64,000 nt of DNA, taken from assembly GCA_029257465.1 (NCBI GenBank), contig JARIBG010000187.1, positions 1,421 to 65,420 of the forward strand. The letters are read 5' to 3'. A program made the position numbers and the translations under genes. Positions 20,533-29,032 of this stretch are shown here, one piece after another. The notes below the pieces were generated by a model, which was given only the letters and a program-made list of their open reading frames with translations, did not search any database and had not been told where the DNA came from. The first letter of the stretch is position 1. Each line of letters opens with the position of its first letter. Source of the stretch: Arthrobacter sp. GTDB lineage: Bacteria > Actinomycetota > Actinomycetes > Actinomycetales > Micrococcaceae.

Positions 20533-20741
20533 GAGCGGTTGCCCTCGTCGGCGGCACCATCGGCTCCACCGTCGGCGCCACCGTCGGCCCCACCGTCCTG
20601 GACGCCGGGTACGCCTGCTGCGCCGCCGTCGGCCGGTCCTTCGGCTGCGCCGTCGGCACCGCCGTCGTGAACACCGGGTACGCCCGCAGCGCCTCCGTCT
20701 GCGGGGCCCTCTTCATGATTGGACTTCTGCTGATCTGCCAT
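20529..20741 (-). CDS. 70-aa Asp-Gly-Gly-Ala repeat peptide (putative RiPP-like precursor)
   Basis: AGGAGG RBS, ATG at 20741; MADQQKSNHEEGPADGGAAGVPGVHDGGADGAAEGPADGGAAGVPGVQDGGADGGADGGADGAADEGNRS; synonymous codon variation between repeats; stop overlaps JmjC start. Confidence 0.8.
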   Translation of the reverse strand: MADQQKSNHEEGPADGGAAGVPGVHDGGADGAAEGPADGGAAGVPGVQDGGADGGADGGADGAADEGNRS

Positions 20742-20897
20742 GCTTCCTCCTGAGAATCGAATGACTGCACAGGGCATCATGTACGCTGCCCTGTCCCGGC
20801 TAGGCATTCCTCCTCGCCTCTTCACACACTAGCGAAGAGCGTCGACCCGTGGGGAACAGCTCCGTGCCCTGGACAGAAGCGGACGCGGGAGTGCAGC

Positions 20898-21299
20898 TCA
20901 GGAGGACAGATCACCGACGTCGGTGTATCTGCGGCGCCAGTCGTGACCTTCCTCGCCCCCGTACAGGGTCCAGTACTCGCGCCCGGCTGTGATGGCGCCG
21001 TCGGCCACGGTCCAGATGGACACCACGCGGAAGATGCCCACGTCCTCCTGCGGCACCTGGACCTCCGACACCACCACCTCGCCGGCGTCGTAGACATTGA
21101 GGACGTCGATGCTCCACCCGTTCGGGTACTGCGAGTTCACCGCGACCATGTTGTCGCGTCCCCGGATGATCTCCCGCGTGACCGGCCAGAAGACCTCGAC
21201 GTCCTCGGCGAGTGTGCGTCCCACACCGTCCCAGTCCCTGCTCCATACCGACGACCAGTACCGCCGGACCACCTCGACTGCTCCAGTACGCGCTTCCAT
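20898..21299 (-). CDS. SnoaL-like / NTF2-family protein
   Basis: 'RYW..RDWD..LAEDV..WP..E.IRGR', 'G.I..REYW'. Confidence 0.8.
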   Translation of the reverse strand: MEARTGAVEVVRRYWSSVWSRDWDGVGRTLAEDVEVFWPVTREIIRGRDNMVAVNSQYPNGWSIDVLNVYDAGEVVVSEVQVPQEDVGIFRVVSIWTVADGAITAGREYWTLYGGEEGHDWRRRYTDVGDLSS

Positions 21300-21321
21300 A
21301 GGTCGATGCTACCGGCGCCGG

Positions 21322-21624
21322 TCAGGTGTCGGGGGTGGATCGGGTGAGGTCGCGGCGCGTGCACTGACCGGCACGGACCCACGCTTCGCGGGCGATCGAG
21401 AACTCGATCCACTGCGCCAGCACCGCGGTGCTGGTCCAGGCCATGGCGAAGCCGCGCACTCTCTGCCGGGAACCGTTCGGGTACTCCAGCTCGACCCAGA
21501 GAGCAGGGGAGGGGGCAACGGACTCCGTGACGCCCTCGGTCGGAGCCCGGAGCTGGACGGGCGGGACGAACTCGTGGGTCGTCGGCGGAAGTCCGTGCCA
21601 CCCGGCCGCGCTAGGCACGCGCAC
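21322..21624 (-). CDS. Hypothetical protein, paralog B of a tandem pair
   Basis: Shares GWHG.PP, SPALWV.L.Y..GS, GFAMAWT.TAVLAQWIE.S.AREAWV with 21694-22005; start uncertain. Confidence 0.7.
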   Translation of the reverse strand: MRVPSAAGWHGLPPTTHEFVPPVQLRAPTEGVTESVAPSPALWVELEYPNGSRQRVRGFAMAWTSTAVLAQWIEFSIAREAWVRAGQCTRRDLTRSTPDT

Positions 21625-21693
21625 CCGGAACCTCGCACACGGTCGATTCGTCCATCCCGCTACTGTACGAGGGCGGGCAGGGATCGCTGTCCG

Positions 21694-22005
21694 TCAGGCG
21701 GGGCGTACGGGCGACGGCGTCGTCGGCTGCGGCGTGAGCGTACGACGTCGGCAGCAGGTAGCGAGCACCCAGGCCTCGCGGGCCCGCGAGTACTCGATCC
21801 ACTGCGCCAGGACGGCGGTGGTGGTCCAGGCCATGGCGAAGCCCTTCATGGTCCGGCTGGAGCCGTCCGCATAGCGGAGGTCCACCCAGAGCGCAGGCGA
21901 GCGCGCGGGCAGGACGACGCGGTGCGCGGGAACGTCGAGCTGCAGCGGGGGGACGTACCTGTCCGCGCTGGGTGGGATGCCGTGCCAGCCTGGTCGTTCT
22001 GCCAT
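21694..22005 (-). CDS. Hypothetical protein, paralog A of a tandem pair
   Basis: Leaderless layout (TACCCT 6 nt upstream of ATG); protein-level conservation with 21322-21624. Confidence 0.75.
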   Translation of the reverse strand: MAERPGWHGIPPSADRYVPPLQLDVPAHRVVLPARSPALWVDLRYADGSSRTMKGFAMAWTTTAVLAQWIEYSRAREAWVLATCCRRRTLTPQPTTPSPVRPA

Positions 22006-22094
22006 GGGACGAGGGTATGTGGGTGGGCCGACATCCAGGCCGGACAGGTGTCCGCCGCAGGACCTGCCGGGCGGGGTACGCCTAGGCTGGGAGC

Positions 22095-22691
22095 ATGGCC
22101 TTCATCTACGACGTACCCCTGAACCCCTCCAAAGTGGACGTGCTGCTGCCCTGGTTGCCCGGGCAGCCCTGGGCCAGGGGGGTCAGCGATCCGGAGCAGA
22201 TCGCGGCGTACCGCTTCGACGATCCCGCGGGAGAGGTGGGCGTGGAGACGCTGCTGCTCAGGGACGGCGAGATACTGCTGCAGGTACCCCTGGCCTACCG
22301 TGGTGAGCCGGTCGCCGAGCTGGAGGAGCATCTGATCGGCACCATCGACCACCCCGTCCTGGGTCAGCGCTGGGTCTACGACGCCGCAGCTGACCCTGTA
22401 TATCTGGCTGCCATCGGGGATGCGGTCCTGACCGGCGCAGCGCAGGCCGAGCAGTTCCACGAGGTGGACGACGAGATCGTCCGCATCGAGCCGACTCTCG
22501 CACTGGAGTGGAGCGCGGGGGATCACGACCGCACGCCCGTGCTCGCCGGGACCGACGTCGTCGAACTCGTCACGCCTCGGGCGCCGGTCATGCTCTTCCG
22601 GCGCCTGGATCCGCACTCGGACGTCCTGGGCCGGGATGCACTACTCGCCGTCGTCGGTGATCTCACGGTGCAGCTGGCCGCTGCAGGGTAG
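22095..22691 (+). CDS. Maltokinase N-terminal-cap-like (CG0192-type) protein
   Basis: 'PSK..L.WLP.QPW', 'YRFDDPAGEVGVE', 'QVPLAYR', 'H.VLG.RWVYDA..DP'. Confidence 0.75.
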   Translation: MAFIYDVPLNPSKVDVLLPWLPGQPWARGVSDPEQIAAYRFDDPAGEVGVETLLLRDGEILLQVPLAYRGEPVAELEEHLIGTIDHPVLGQRWVYDAAADPVYLAAIGDAVLTGAAQAEQFHEVDDEIVRIEPTLALEWSAGDHDRTPVLAGTDVVELVTPRAPVMLFRRLDPHSDVLGRDALLAVVGDLTVQLAAAG

Positions 22692-22709
22692 CGCGCAGGA
22701 ACTCCGCCG

Positions 22710-24386
22710 CTACAGGCCGAGCGTGTCGAGGATCGGCAGTTCGGCCCGTGTGCGGGTGCGGGCCTCCTCAGCGCTCGGCGCGGCGAGCGCGATGTCGGCG
22801 ATCCGCTCGGCGTCGGCGAGTGTGACGCTGTGCAGCACAGCACCCACCCCTGCGAGTGCTCGCGGGGTCATGGACAGGGTCGAGATCCCCAGTCCCACGA
22901 GCACGACGGCGAGTGCTGGGTCCGCGGCCGCCTCACCGCACACGCCGACGGGCTTGGCGTGACCCTCGGCGACGGATCCCTCCACCGTGAGGCGCACCAG
23001 GCGCAGGAGAGCGGGTTGCCAGGAGTTGTTGAGGGCGGCCAGGGAGCCGAGCTGGCGGTCGGCGGCCATGGTGTACTGCGTGAGGTCGTTGGTGCCCAGG
23101 CTCGCGAAGGAGACCTCGCCGAGGATCGCCTCCGCCGTCAGGGCAGCAGAGGGCACTTCCACCATGACCCCCGGTACCCGCAGGCCCGCCGTCGCGCAGA
23201 GCGCGGCGAAGTTCGCCGCTTCCTCGGCGGTGGAGATCATGGGCGCCATGACCCACACGTCGGCGCTGGCCTGCGCGGCGGCATCGGCGATCGCCGCGAG
23301 CTGGCGCTCGAGGACGCCGGGCGAGGTGAGATCGGTGCGGTACCCGCGGACACCGAGAGCCGGGTTCGGCTCGGTGGTGTCGGTGAGTAACGGCAGGGGC
23401 TTGTCCGCGCCCGCGTCCAGGGTGCGCACCACGACCTTCTGGCCGGGGAAGGCGTCGAAGACGCCCCGGTACGCCTCGATCTGTTCCTCGGCGGTCGGCT
23501 CCGTATCGCGTCCGAGGAAGCAGAACTCCGTGCGCAGCAGACCCACCCCCTGCGCCTTCGCCAGGGCTGCCTCCTTCGCGTCCTCCGCTCCGCCCACGTT
23601 GGCCAGGAGGGGGACCTCGTGGCCGTCAGCCGTGACGCCCTCGCCGTCGAACACGGTGAGCGCCGCCGCTGCCGCCCGGTACTGTGCCGCAGCGGCCTCC
23701 TCGTCGGCGCCCGGGTCGAGGGAGATGGTGCCGGCGGCGCCGTCGACGAAGACGGCGGTGCCCTCCTCGATTCCGTCCACGCCGGCGGCGGCGACGACGG
23801 CGGGCAGGCCCAGGGAGCGGGCGATGATCGCCGTGTGCGACTGCGGCCCGCCCCCGGAGGTGACGAGGGCGAGGACCATGGCCGTGTCGAGGGTGGCCGT
23901 GTCGGCGGGAGCCAGATCCTCGGCGACGAGAATGAACGGTTCACCGGAGGACGGGATGCCGGGCGCAGGCAGTCCGCGCAGCTCGGCGACGATACGCGAG
24001 CGCACGTCAAGGACATCAGCGGTGCGCTCGGCCATGTAGCCGCCGAGATCGCGCAGCATCCCGGCAACGGATGCCCCCGCCTCCCATACCGCTCGTTCCG
24101 CCGAGGCACCCCTGTCGATGAGCTTGCCGGCTGACTTCAGCAGCATGGGATCAATGGCCATGAGGGAGGTGGCCTGCAGAACGGCACTGGCGTCGCCCTC
24201 GGCGGCGTCCGCCCTGCGCTTGAGCTCTTCCTGGACAGCCTTCGACGCCGCCCGAAGAGCATCGTTCGCCGCCTCCGGAGAGGCATTGCGCTCGTCGGCG
24301 GGAGGTTCACCGACCGCTTCCGGCATGTGGCGGACCGGTCCGATCACACGTCCGGGGCTGACTCCCACGCCTGCGAAATCCGTCAT
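22710..24386 (-). CDS. ptsI: PEP-protein phosphotransferase (PTS enzyme I)
   Basis: Phospho-His GGGPQSHTAI, GVGLLRTEF, RTLDAGADK, SLGTNDLTQY, GVCGE. Confidence 0.96.
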   Translation of the reverse strand: MTDFAGVGVSPGRVIGPVRHMPEAVGEPPADERNASPEAANDALRAASKAVQEELKRRADAAEGDASAVLQATSLMAIDPMLLKSAGKLIDRGASAERAVWEAGASVAGMLRDLGGYMAERTADVLDVRSRIVAELRGLPAPGIPSSGEPFILVAEDLAPADTATLDTAMVLALVTSGGGPQSHTAIIARSLGLPAVVAAAGVDGIEEGTAVFVDGAAGTISLDPGADEEAAAAQYRAAAAALTVFDGEGVTADGHEVPLLANVGGAEDAKEAALAKAQGVGLLRTEFCFLGRDTEPTAEEQIEAYRGVFDAFPGQKVVVRTLDAGADKPLPLLTDTTEPNPALGVRGYRTDLTSPGVLERQLAAIADAAAQASADVWVMAPMISTAEEAANFAALCATAGLRVPGVMVEVPSAALTAEAILGEVSFASLGTNDLTQYTMAADRQLGSLAALNNSWQPALLRLVRLTVEGSVAEGHAKPVGVCGEAAADPALAVVLVGLGISTLSMTPRALAGVGAVLHSVTLADAERIADIALAAPSAEEARTRTRAELPILDTLGL

Positions 24387-24530
24387 CGATCGTCCTCGTT
24401 TCCTTGCCGGTGGTGATCGCGGTCCACCACCATTGTGCCGTGCAGGCAAGGCCTTGGGACGATTTCACCAGGGCCGGCCACGACAGGAAGCGCTGTCGCT
24501 GGTCCTGTCCATGCTCGGTACATTGGGTGT

Positions 24531-24980
24531 GTGAGCAACTTCCCCCGAGATCTGCTGTCGATCGTGTATGCGAGCAGTGCGGACCACCCGTTCGGCGACG
24601 AGGAACTCGGTGAGCTGCTGGCACTGAGCCGGAGGAACAATGCCCGGGACGACCTGACCGGCGTCCTTCTCTACCGGAGCGGACAGTTCCTCCAGGTCAT
24701 CGAGGGACCCAGCGACGTCCTGCGCGAACGCATGTCGATCATTGCCGCCGATACGAGGCACCTGGATGTCCGCATCCTTTTCCAGGAGACGATCGATCAG
24801 CGCCACTTCCCCGACTGGACCATGGCCTTCGAGCCGGCCTCGGACGTGGATCTCCACGAGATCCCCGGCTTCCGCACCTCGCTCTCCGACATCGAGGGCG
24901 ACGACGACGCGCAGCGATCCATCGCGACCCTGCGGGAGCTGATCCACTGGTTCAGGGACCGGACGGCCCAGCGGGGCTGA
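24531..24980 (+). CDS. Short standalone BLUF blue-light photoreceptor
   Basis: Y.S, RRNN..LTGVL, FLQVIEG, D.RH, R.FP.W.M; GTG 6 nt after TACATT. Confidence 0.92.
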   Translation: MSNFPRDLLSIVYASSADHPFGDEELGELLALSRRNNARDDLTGVLLYRSGQFLQVIEGPSDVLRERMSIIAADTRHLDVRILFQETIDQRHFPDWTMAFEPASDVDLHEIPGFRTSLSDIEGDDDAQRSIATLRELIHWFRDRTAQRG

Positions 24981-25008
24981 CTACAGTTCGAACGCCGGGC
25001 GCACTACC
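24962..25008. repeat. 47-bp direct repeat copy 1 (imperfect palindrome containing the BLUF stop)
   Basis: GACGGCCCAGCGGGGCTGACTACAGTTCGAACGCCGGGCGCACTACC; 45/47 identical to 25475-25521. Confidence 0.9.
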
Positions 25009-25049
25009 GGTACTGGCGCAAAGATTCTGCTGGTGGTTACCCTTGCTGC

Positions 25050-25493
25050 GTGCCCGACTACCCCCAGCTCCTCCACACGGTCCTCGATGCCACCGATGTA
25101 CGAGAGCTGGCGGGCTTCTATCGAGAGCTTCTCGGGCTGCAGTACCGAACGGGCGACGAACCTCCGACGACCGATATCGTGGACGATGCCGACTGGCTCG
25201 TGCTGACCGACTCGCAGGGCAGATCGACGCTCGCCTTCCAGCAGGTCGAGCACCTTGCTCGAACCACGTGGCCTTCGAACGAGGTACCGATGCAGTTGCA
25301 CGTGGACTTCACGGTCTCTGATCGGGAAGCACTCGAGCACCACCACGCCAGGGCGCTGGCGCTGGGCGCTGAAGTTCTGCTCGACCGGACGGACGACGCC
25401 GACGAACCGCTGTACGTCTACGCCGATCCGGCCGGCCATCCGTTGTGCATCTTCGTCGCCGAGGGTCAGGAGGCGACGGCCCAGCGGGGCTGA
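25050..25493 (+). CDS. VOC/glyoxalase-like (bleomycin-resistance-type) protein
   Basis: 'VLDA.D..LA.FY..LLG', 'LAFQ', 'WP...PMQLHVD', 'YADPAGHP.C'. Confidence 0.88.
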   Translation: MPDYPQLLHTVLDATDVRELAGFYRELLGLQYRTGDEPPTTDIVDDADWLVLTDSQGRSTLAFQQVEHLARTTWPSNEVPMQLHVDFTVSDREALEHHHARALALGAEVLLDRTDDADEPLYVYADPAGHPLCIFVAEGQEATAQRG

Positions 25494-25521
25494 CCACAGT
25501 TCGAACGCCGGGCGCCCTACC
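25475..25521. repeat. 47-bp direct repeat copy 2 (contains the VOC stop)
   Basis: GACGGCCCAGCGGGGCTGACCACAGTTCGAACGCCGGGCGCCCTACC. Confidence 0.9.
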
Positions 25522-25553
25522 ACCCAGCCCCATACCGACGATGAGGTCGATCG

Positions 25554-26795
25554 ATGAGTTCCACCACGTCTGCCTGGCGAAACGTCTGGGGGAATCGTGC
25601 CCTTGCACCCCTTGCAATCTCGACGATAGCCGCGGGGCTGAGCTTCTACGTGCCGGTCAGCGCCCTGTTCCTGCTCAGCCGGGGCCAGTCGTTGTCGGAC
25701 ATCTTCGTCTTCGAGAGCATCCTCGTCGCGACCATCATGCTCACGGAGATACCGGCCGGCCTCGTCGCGGACCGCATCGATCGCCGCTTCGTGATCATTG
25801 CCGGGTTCGTGCTCAACGCGGTCGCGGAAATACTGTTCGCGTCCAGTGGCTCGTTCGTCGGGTTCGCTGTTTCCTTCGCGATCAGCGGTGCCGGTATCGC
25901 CATGCTCACCGGCGTGCAGGAGGCCTATATCTATGACTCTCTCGGAGAAGATGCGGACGGGGCGTCCGTCGGCGTCTACGGGCACCTGAGTTCGCTCGAG
26001 CTGAGCGCAGGGGTGGGTGCCGCCGTCGTGGGCGGGCTCCTGGCGGAGATCGATATCGGCTGGCCGGCACTGGCAGCTGCATTGGCAGCAGTCGCCGCCG
26101 CCTCCGCTGCGTTCTTCCTGCCGTCCCAACGGCCGGAGCCCGAGGACGCGGAGCAGGAGCTGGAGTCTGCTGTGAAACATCTCGCAGCCGGTATCCGGAT
26201 CCTGTTCACGACGCCGATCCTCCTCTACGTGGCGGTCGCGTCGAGCGCGTCGTTCGTGCTCTTCAACGCGGTGTTCACGCTGAATCAGCCACTCTTCACG
26301 CGAACCGATGTCCCTGTTGCTATCTGGGGATTCATCGGTGGTGGGGCGCAGCTCGTGGCGGCGCTCTACAACCACCACGCCGGCCGGATCGAGCAGGTTC
26401 TCGGGCGGAAGTACGCCCTGTTCGTCGCCATGAGCTTCGGCGTTGTCGGATTTCTGCTCATGGCTACCCCGCAGGCGCCGCTGGTGGTCCTGGGGTTCGT
26501 CCTCGTGGTGCTCGGCATGAATGCACGAGGCCCCATCACCACGGCTGTCGCCAACCGCGTGATCCCCGGAGGGCGCCGGGCAACCGTGCTGAACGTTGCG
26601 AGTTCCCTCGGAAGTCTCGTGGGAATCATCGCGAACCCGATCATCGGCTTCGGTGCGGAAGCCAGCACGAAGCTCACCGTCATCGCCATCGGCATCGTGT
26701 TGCTCGTTCTCACCATCACGTGGATACCGGTGGCGAGCAGATACCTGGACGTGCCTTCGGCAGAGGAGGAAAGTGCACCGGCTGCGACGACGTGA
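25554..26795 (+). CDS. MFS transporter
   Basis: 'EIPAGLVADRIDRR' motif A, about 12 TM segments, 'RRATVL'. Confidence 0.88.
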   Translation: MSSTTSAWRNVWGNRALAPLAISTIAAGLSFYVPVSALFLLSRGQSLSDIFVFESILVATIMLTEIPAGLVADRIDRRFVIIAGFVLNAVAEILFASSGSFVGFAVSFAISGAGIAMLTGVQEAYIYDSLGEDADGASVGVYGHLSSLELSAGVGAAVVGGLLAEIDIGWPALAAALAAVAAASAAFFLPSQRPEPEDAEQELESAVKHLAAGIRILFTTPILLYVAVASSASFVLFNAVFTLNQPLFTRTDVPVAIWGFIGGGAQLVAALYNHHAGRIEQVLGRKYALFVAMSFGVVGFLLMATPQAPLVVLGFVLVVLGMNARGPITTAVANRVIPGGRRATVLNVASSLGSLVGIIANPIIGFGAEASTKLTVIAIGIVLLVLTITWIPVASRYLDVPSAEEESAPAATT

Positions 26796-26807
26796 AACGA
26801 CGGCCCG

Positions 26808-27947
26808 CTAGTCGCGGAGCTGTCGCACGAGGTCGAGCACGACGGCGCGGAGGTCTCCGCCGTTCTCCTCGGCGACACGACGCTGACGCTGGTACCCGGC
26901 GCCGCGGCCCATGATGGCCTTCACGTCCGCGAGTTCACTGCTGCAGCCCAGCCTCTCGGCAACGGGCTCCAGCCGGGTGATCACCTCGGCGAGGTGATCG
27001 GTGACGAGCTGCTCGTTGCCGGCGGCGTCGAGGATGATGATGGCGTCGAGGCCGTACCGCGCTGCCCGCCACTTGTTCTCCTGGATGTGCCAGGGCTGCA
27101 TGGTCGGGATGCTCCCGCCGGCGTCGAGGGTGTCGGAGAAGTCCTGGACGAGGCACTGGGTCAGGGCGGCGACGGCGCCCACGTCCTGCAGGGTGGAGAG
27201 CCCGTCGCACACCCGCATCTCCACGGTACCGAGATTCGGGACCGGTCGGATGTCCCAGCGGATCTCGCTGACGGAGTCGATCACCCCGGTGGTGAACATG
27301 TCCTGCACGTAGGACTCGTAGCCTGCCCAGTCGTCGAAGTGGAAGGGAAGGCCGGCGGTGGGCAGCTGCTGGAACATGAGCGCCCGCTGCGAGGCGTACC
27401 CGGTGTCCTCGCCGCCCCAGAACGGCGACGACGCCGAGAGCGCCTGGAAGTGCGGCACGTAGTTCAGCAGACCGTCGACGACGGGCAGCGCCTTGTCCCG
27501 CTGGTCCAGACCCACGTGGACATGGACGCCGTAGAGGACCATCTGCTGGCCCCACCACTGCGTGCGGTCGATCAGCTTGGCGTAGCGCTCCTGGTTCGTC
27601 ACCTGCTGGGCGCTCGGAACGCTGAACGGATGCGAGCCCGCGCAGAACAGGTCCACGCCCATGGGGTCGGTGACCTCGCGGACGGCGGCGAGCGAACGGG
27701 CGAGATCGTCCTTCGCCTCGCCGACCGTGGTGCACACACCCGTGATGAGCTCGACGGTGTTCAGCAGGAGTTCCTGCTTGATGTGCGGGTGCTCCTCGTC
27801 CTCCTGCAGTTCGGGGTGATTCGCACTGACCCCGCGGAGCACCCGGTCCGCGACGGAGACCAGCTCGCCGTCGTCCCGGTCCACCAGGGCCAGTTCCCAC
27901 TCGACGCCGAGAGTTGACTGCGCGGACTGCACGAAATCGATGGTCAC
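26808..27947 (-). CDS. Glutamate-cysteine ligase family (YbdK-type carboxylate-amine ligase)
   Basis: TLGVEWE, GVHVHVG, ALSASSPFW, WDIRP, GTVEMR, ENKWRAARYG. Confidence 0.92.
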   Translation of the reverse strand: MTIDFVQSAQSTLGVEWELALVDRDDGELVSVADRVLRGVSANHPELQEDEEHPHIKQELLLNTVELITGVCTTVGEAKDDLARSLAAVREVTDPMGVDLFCAGSHPFSVPSAQQVTNQERYAKLIDRTQWWGQQMVLYGVHVHVGLDQRDKALPVVDGLLNYVPHFQALSASSPFWGGEDTGYASQRALMFQQLPTAGLPFHFDDWAGYESYVQDMFTTGVIDSVSEIRWDIRPVPNLGTVEMRVCDGLSTLQDVGAVAALTQCLVQDFSDTLDAGGSIPTMQPWHIQENKWRAARYGLDAIIILDAAGNEQLVTDHLAEVITRLEPVAERLGCSSELADVKAIMGRGAGYQRQRRVAEENGGDLRAVVLDLVRQLRD

Positions 27948-28118
27948 GGGAGGCTCCTGGAACGGTGCGGACGGTGGTCAAGAATCTGGCCTCGATAGTG
28001 CGCCGTCGCGAGGAGGACCGAGGTCAAGTGTAGTGAGGCGGCGCTGCCCTCGGGCACTCGTTCAGCTCCATGACGAGGGCGTCCGCATCATCGCGTTCCG
28101 GCAGGGCAGAATGGGCGC

Positions 28119-28931
28119 GTGCCCATCCTGAACAAAGACATGACCCTGTGCATCTCCCTGGCCGCGCGGCCCAGCAACATCGGCACGCGCTTCCACAACT
28201 ATCTCTACGAGGAGTTGGGTCTGAATTACATCTACAAGGCCTTCACCACCACGGATCTTCCCGCGGCCGTCGCCGGTGTGCGGGGGCTCGGTATCCGCGG
28301 ATGCGCCGTCTCGATGCCGTTCAAGGAGGACGTGATCGCCCTGGTGGACCAGCTCGATCCCTCGGCCCGGGTCATCGACTCCGTCAACACGATCGTCAAC
28401 GACGACGGCGTTCTCACCGCCTACAACACCGACTATCTGGCCGTGGCACGCCTGCTGCGCGAGCACGCCGTCCCCACGACGTACTCGGTGCTCGTGCGCG
28501 GCTCCGGCGGGATGGCCAAGGCCGTCGTCGCAGCACTGCGCGATGCGGGCTTCGATCGCGTGACGATCGTGGCCCGCAACGAGCACACCGGCCGGGCGCT
28601 CGCCGAGCGGTACGGCTTCGCGTGGCAGCCGGAGGTGAGGGAGTCGACGGCGGAGCTGCTGATCAACGTGACGCCGCTGGGCATGACGGGCGACGACGCC
28701 GACATGCTCGCCTTCCCGCAGGACACCATCGACGTCGCCCGGGTGGTGTTCGACGTCGTCGCCTCCCCGGCCCGGACGCCGCTCGTCATCGCGGCGCGGG
28801 AGGCAGGGAAACCGGTCATCACGGGTGCTGAGGTGGCGGAGCTGCAGGCCGAGGAGCAGTTCGTCCTCTACACGGGTATCCGGCCCACGCCCGAGCAGGT
28901 CCGGGCAGCGGGGCAGTTCTCGCGGCAGTAG
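28119..28931 (+). CDS. Shikimate dehydrogenase family (SdhL-like)
   Basis: SMPFK, SVNT, NTD, GSGGMA, NVTPLGM. Confidence 0.9.
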   Translation: MPILNKDMTLCISLAARPSNIGTRFHNYLYEELGLNYIYKAFTTTDLPAAVAGVRGLGIRGCAVSMPFKEDVIALVDQLDPSARVIDSVNTIVNDDGVLTAYNTDYLAVARLLREHAVPTTYSVLVRGSGGMAKAVVAALRDAGFDRVTIVARNEHTGRALAERYGFAWQPEVRESTAELLINVTPLGMTGDDADMLAFPQDTIDVARVVFDVVASPARTPLVIAAREAGKPVITGAEVAELQAEEQFVLYTGIRPTPEQVRAAGQFSRQ

Positions 28932-29032
28932 GAGGGCTCACGGTCCGATTCGGGGCAGACGCATGCGAAGGGGCTCTTGCCAAGGCGGCCGAACGGGTCC
29001 ACAGTGTGGTGGAAAGCCAGGGGAGGGCCAGC

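Noticed and set aside
20898-21299. SnoaL-like gene as part of the peptide-JmjC-ferredoxin operon
   Set aside because: Same strand but separated by about 155 bp with no coupling; membership cannot be supported without synteny data.
24962-25521. 47-bp repeats as canonical integron attC sites or IS ends
   Set aside because: No RYYYAAC/GTTRRRY boxes at the ends, no terminal inverted repeats, and no integrase or transposase; kept only as a cassette-like observation.
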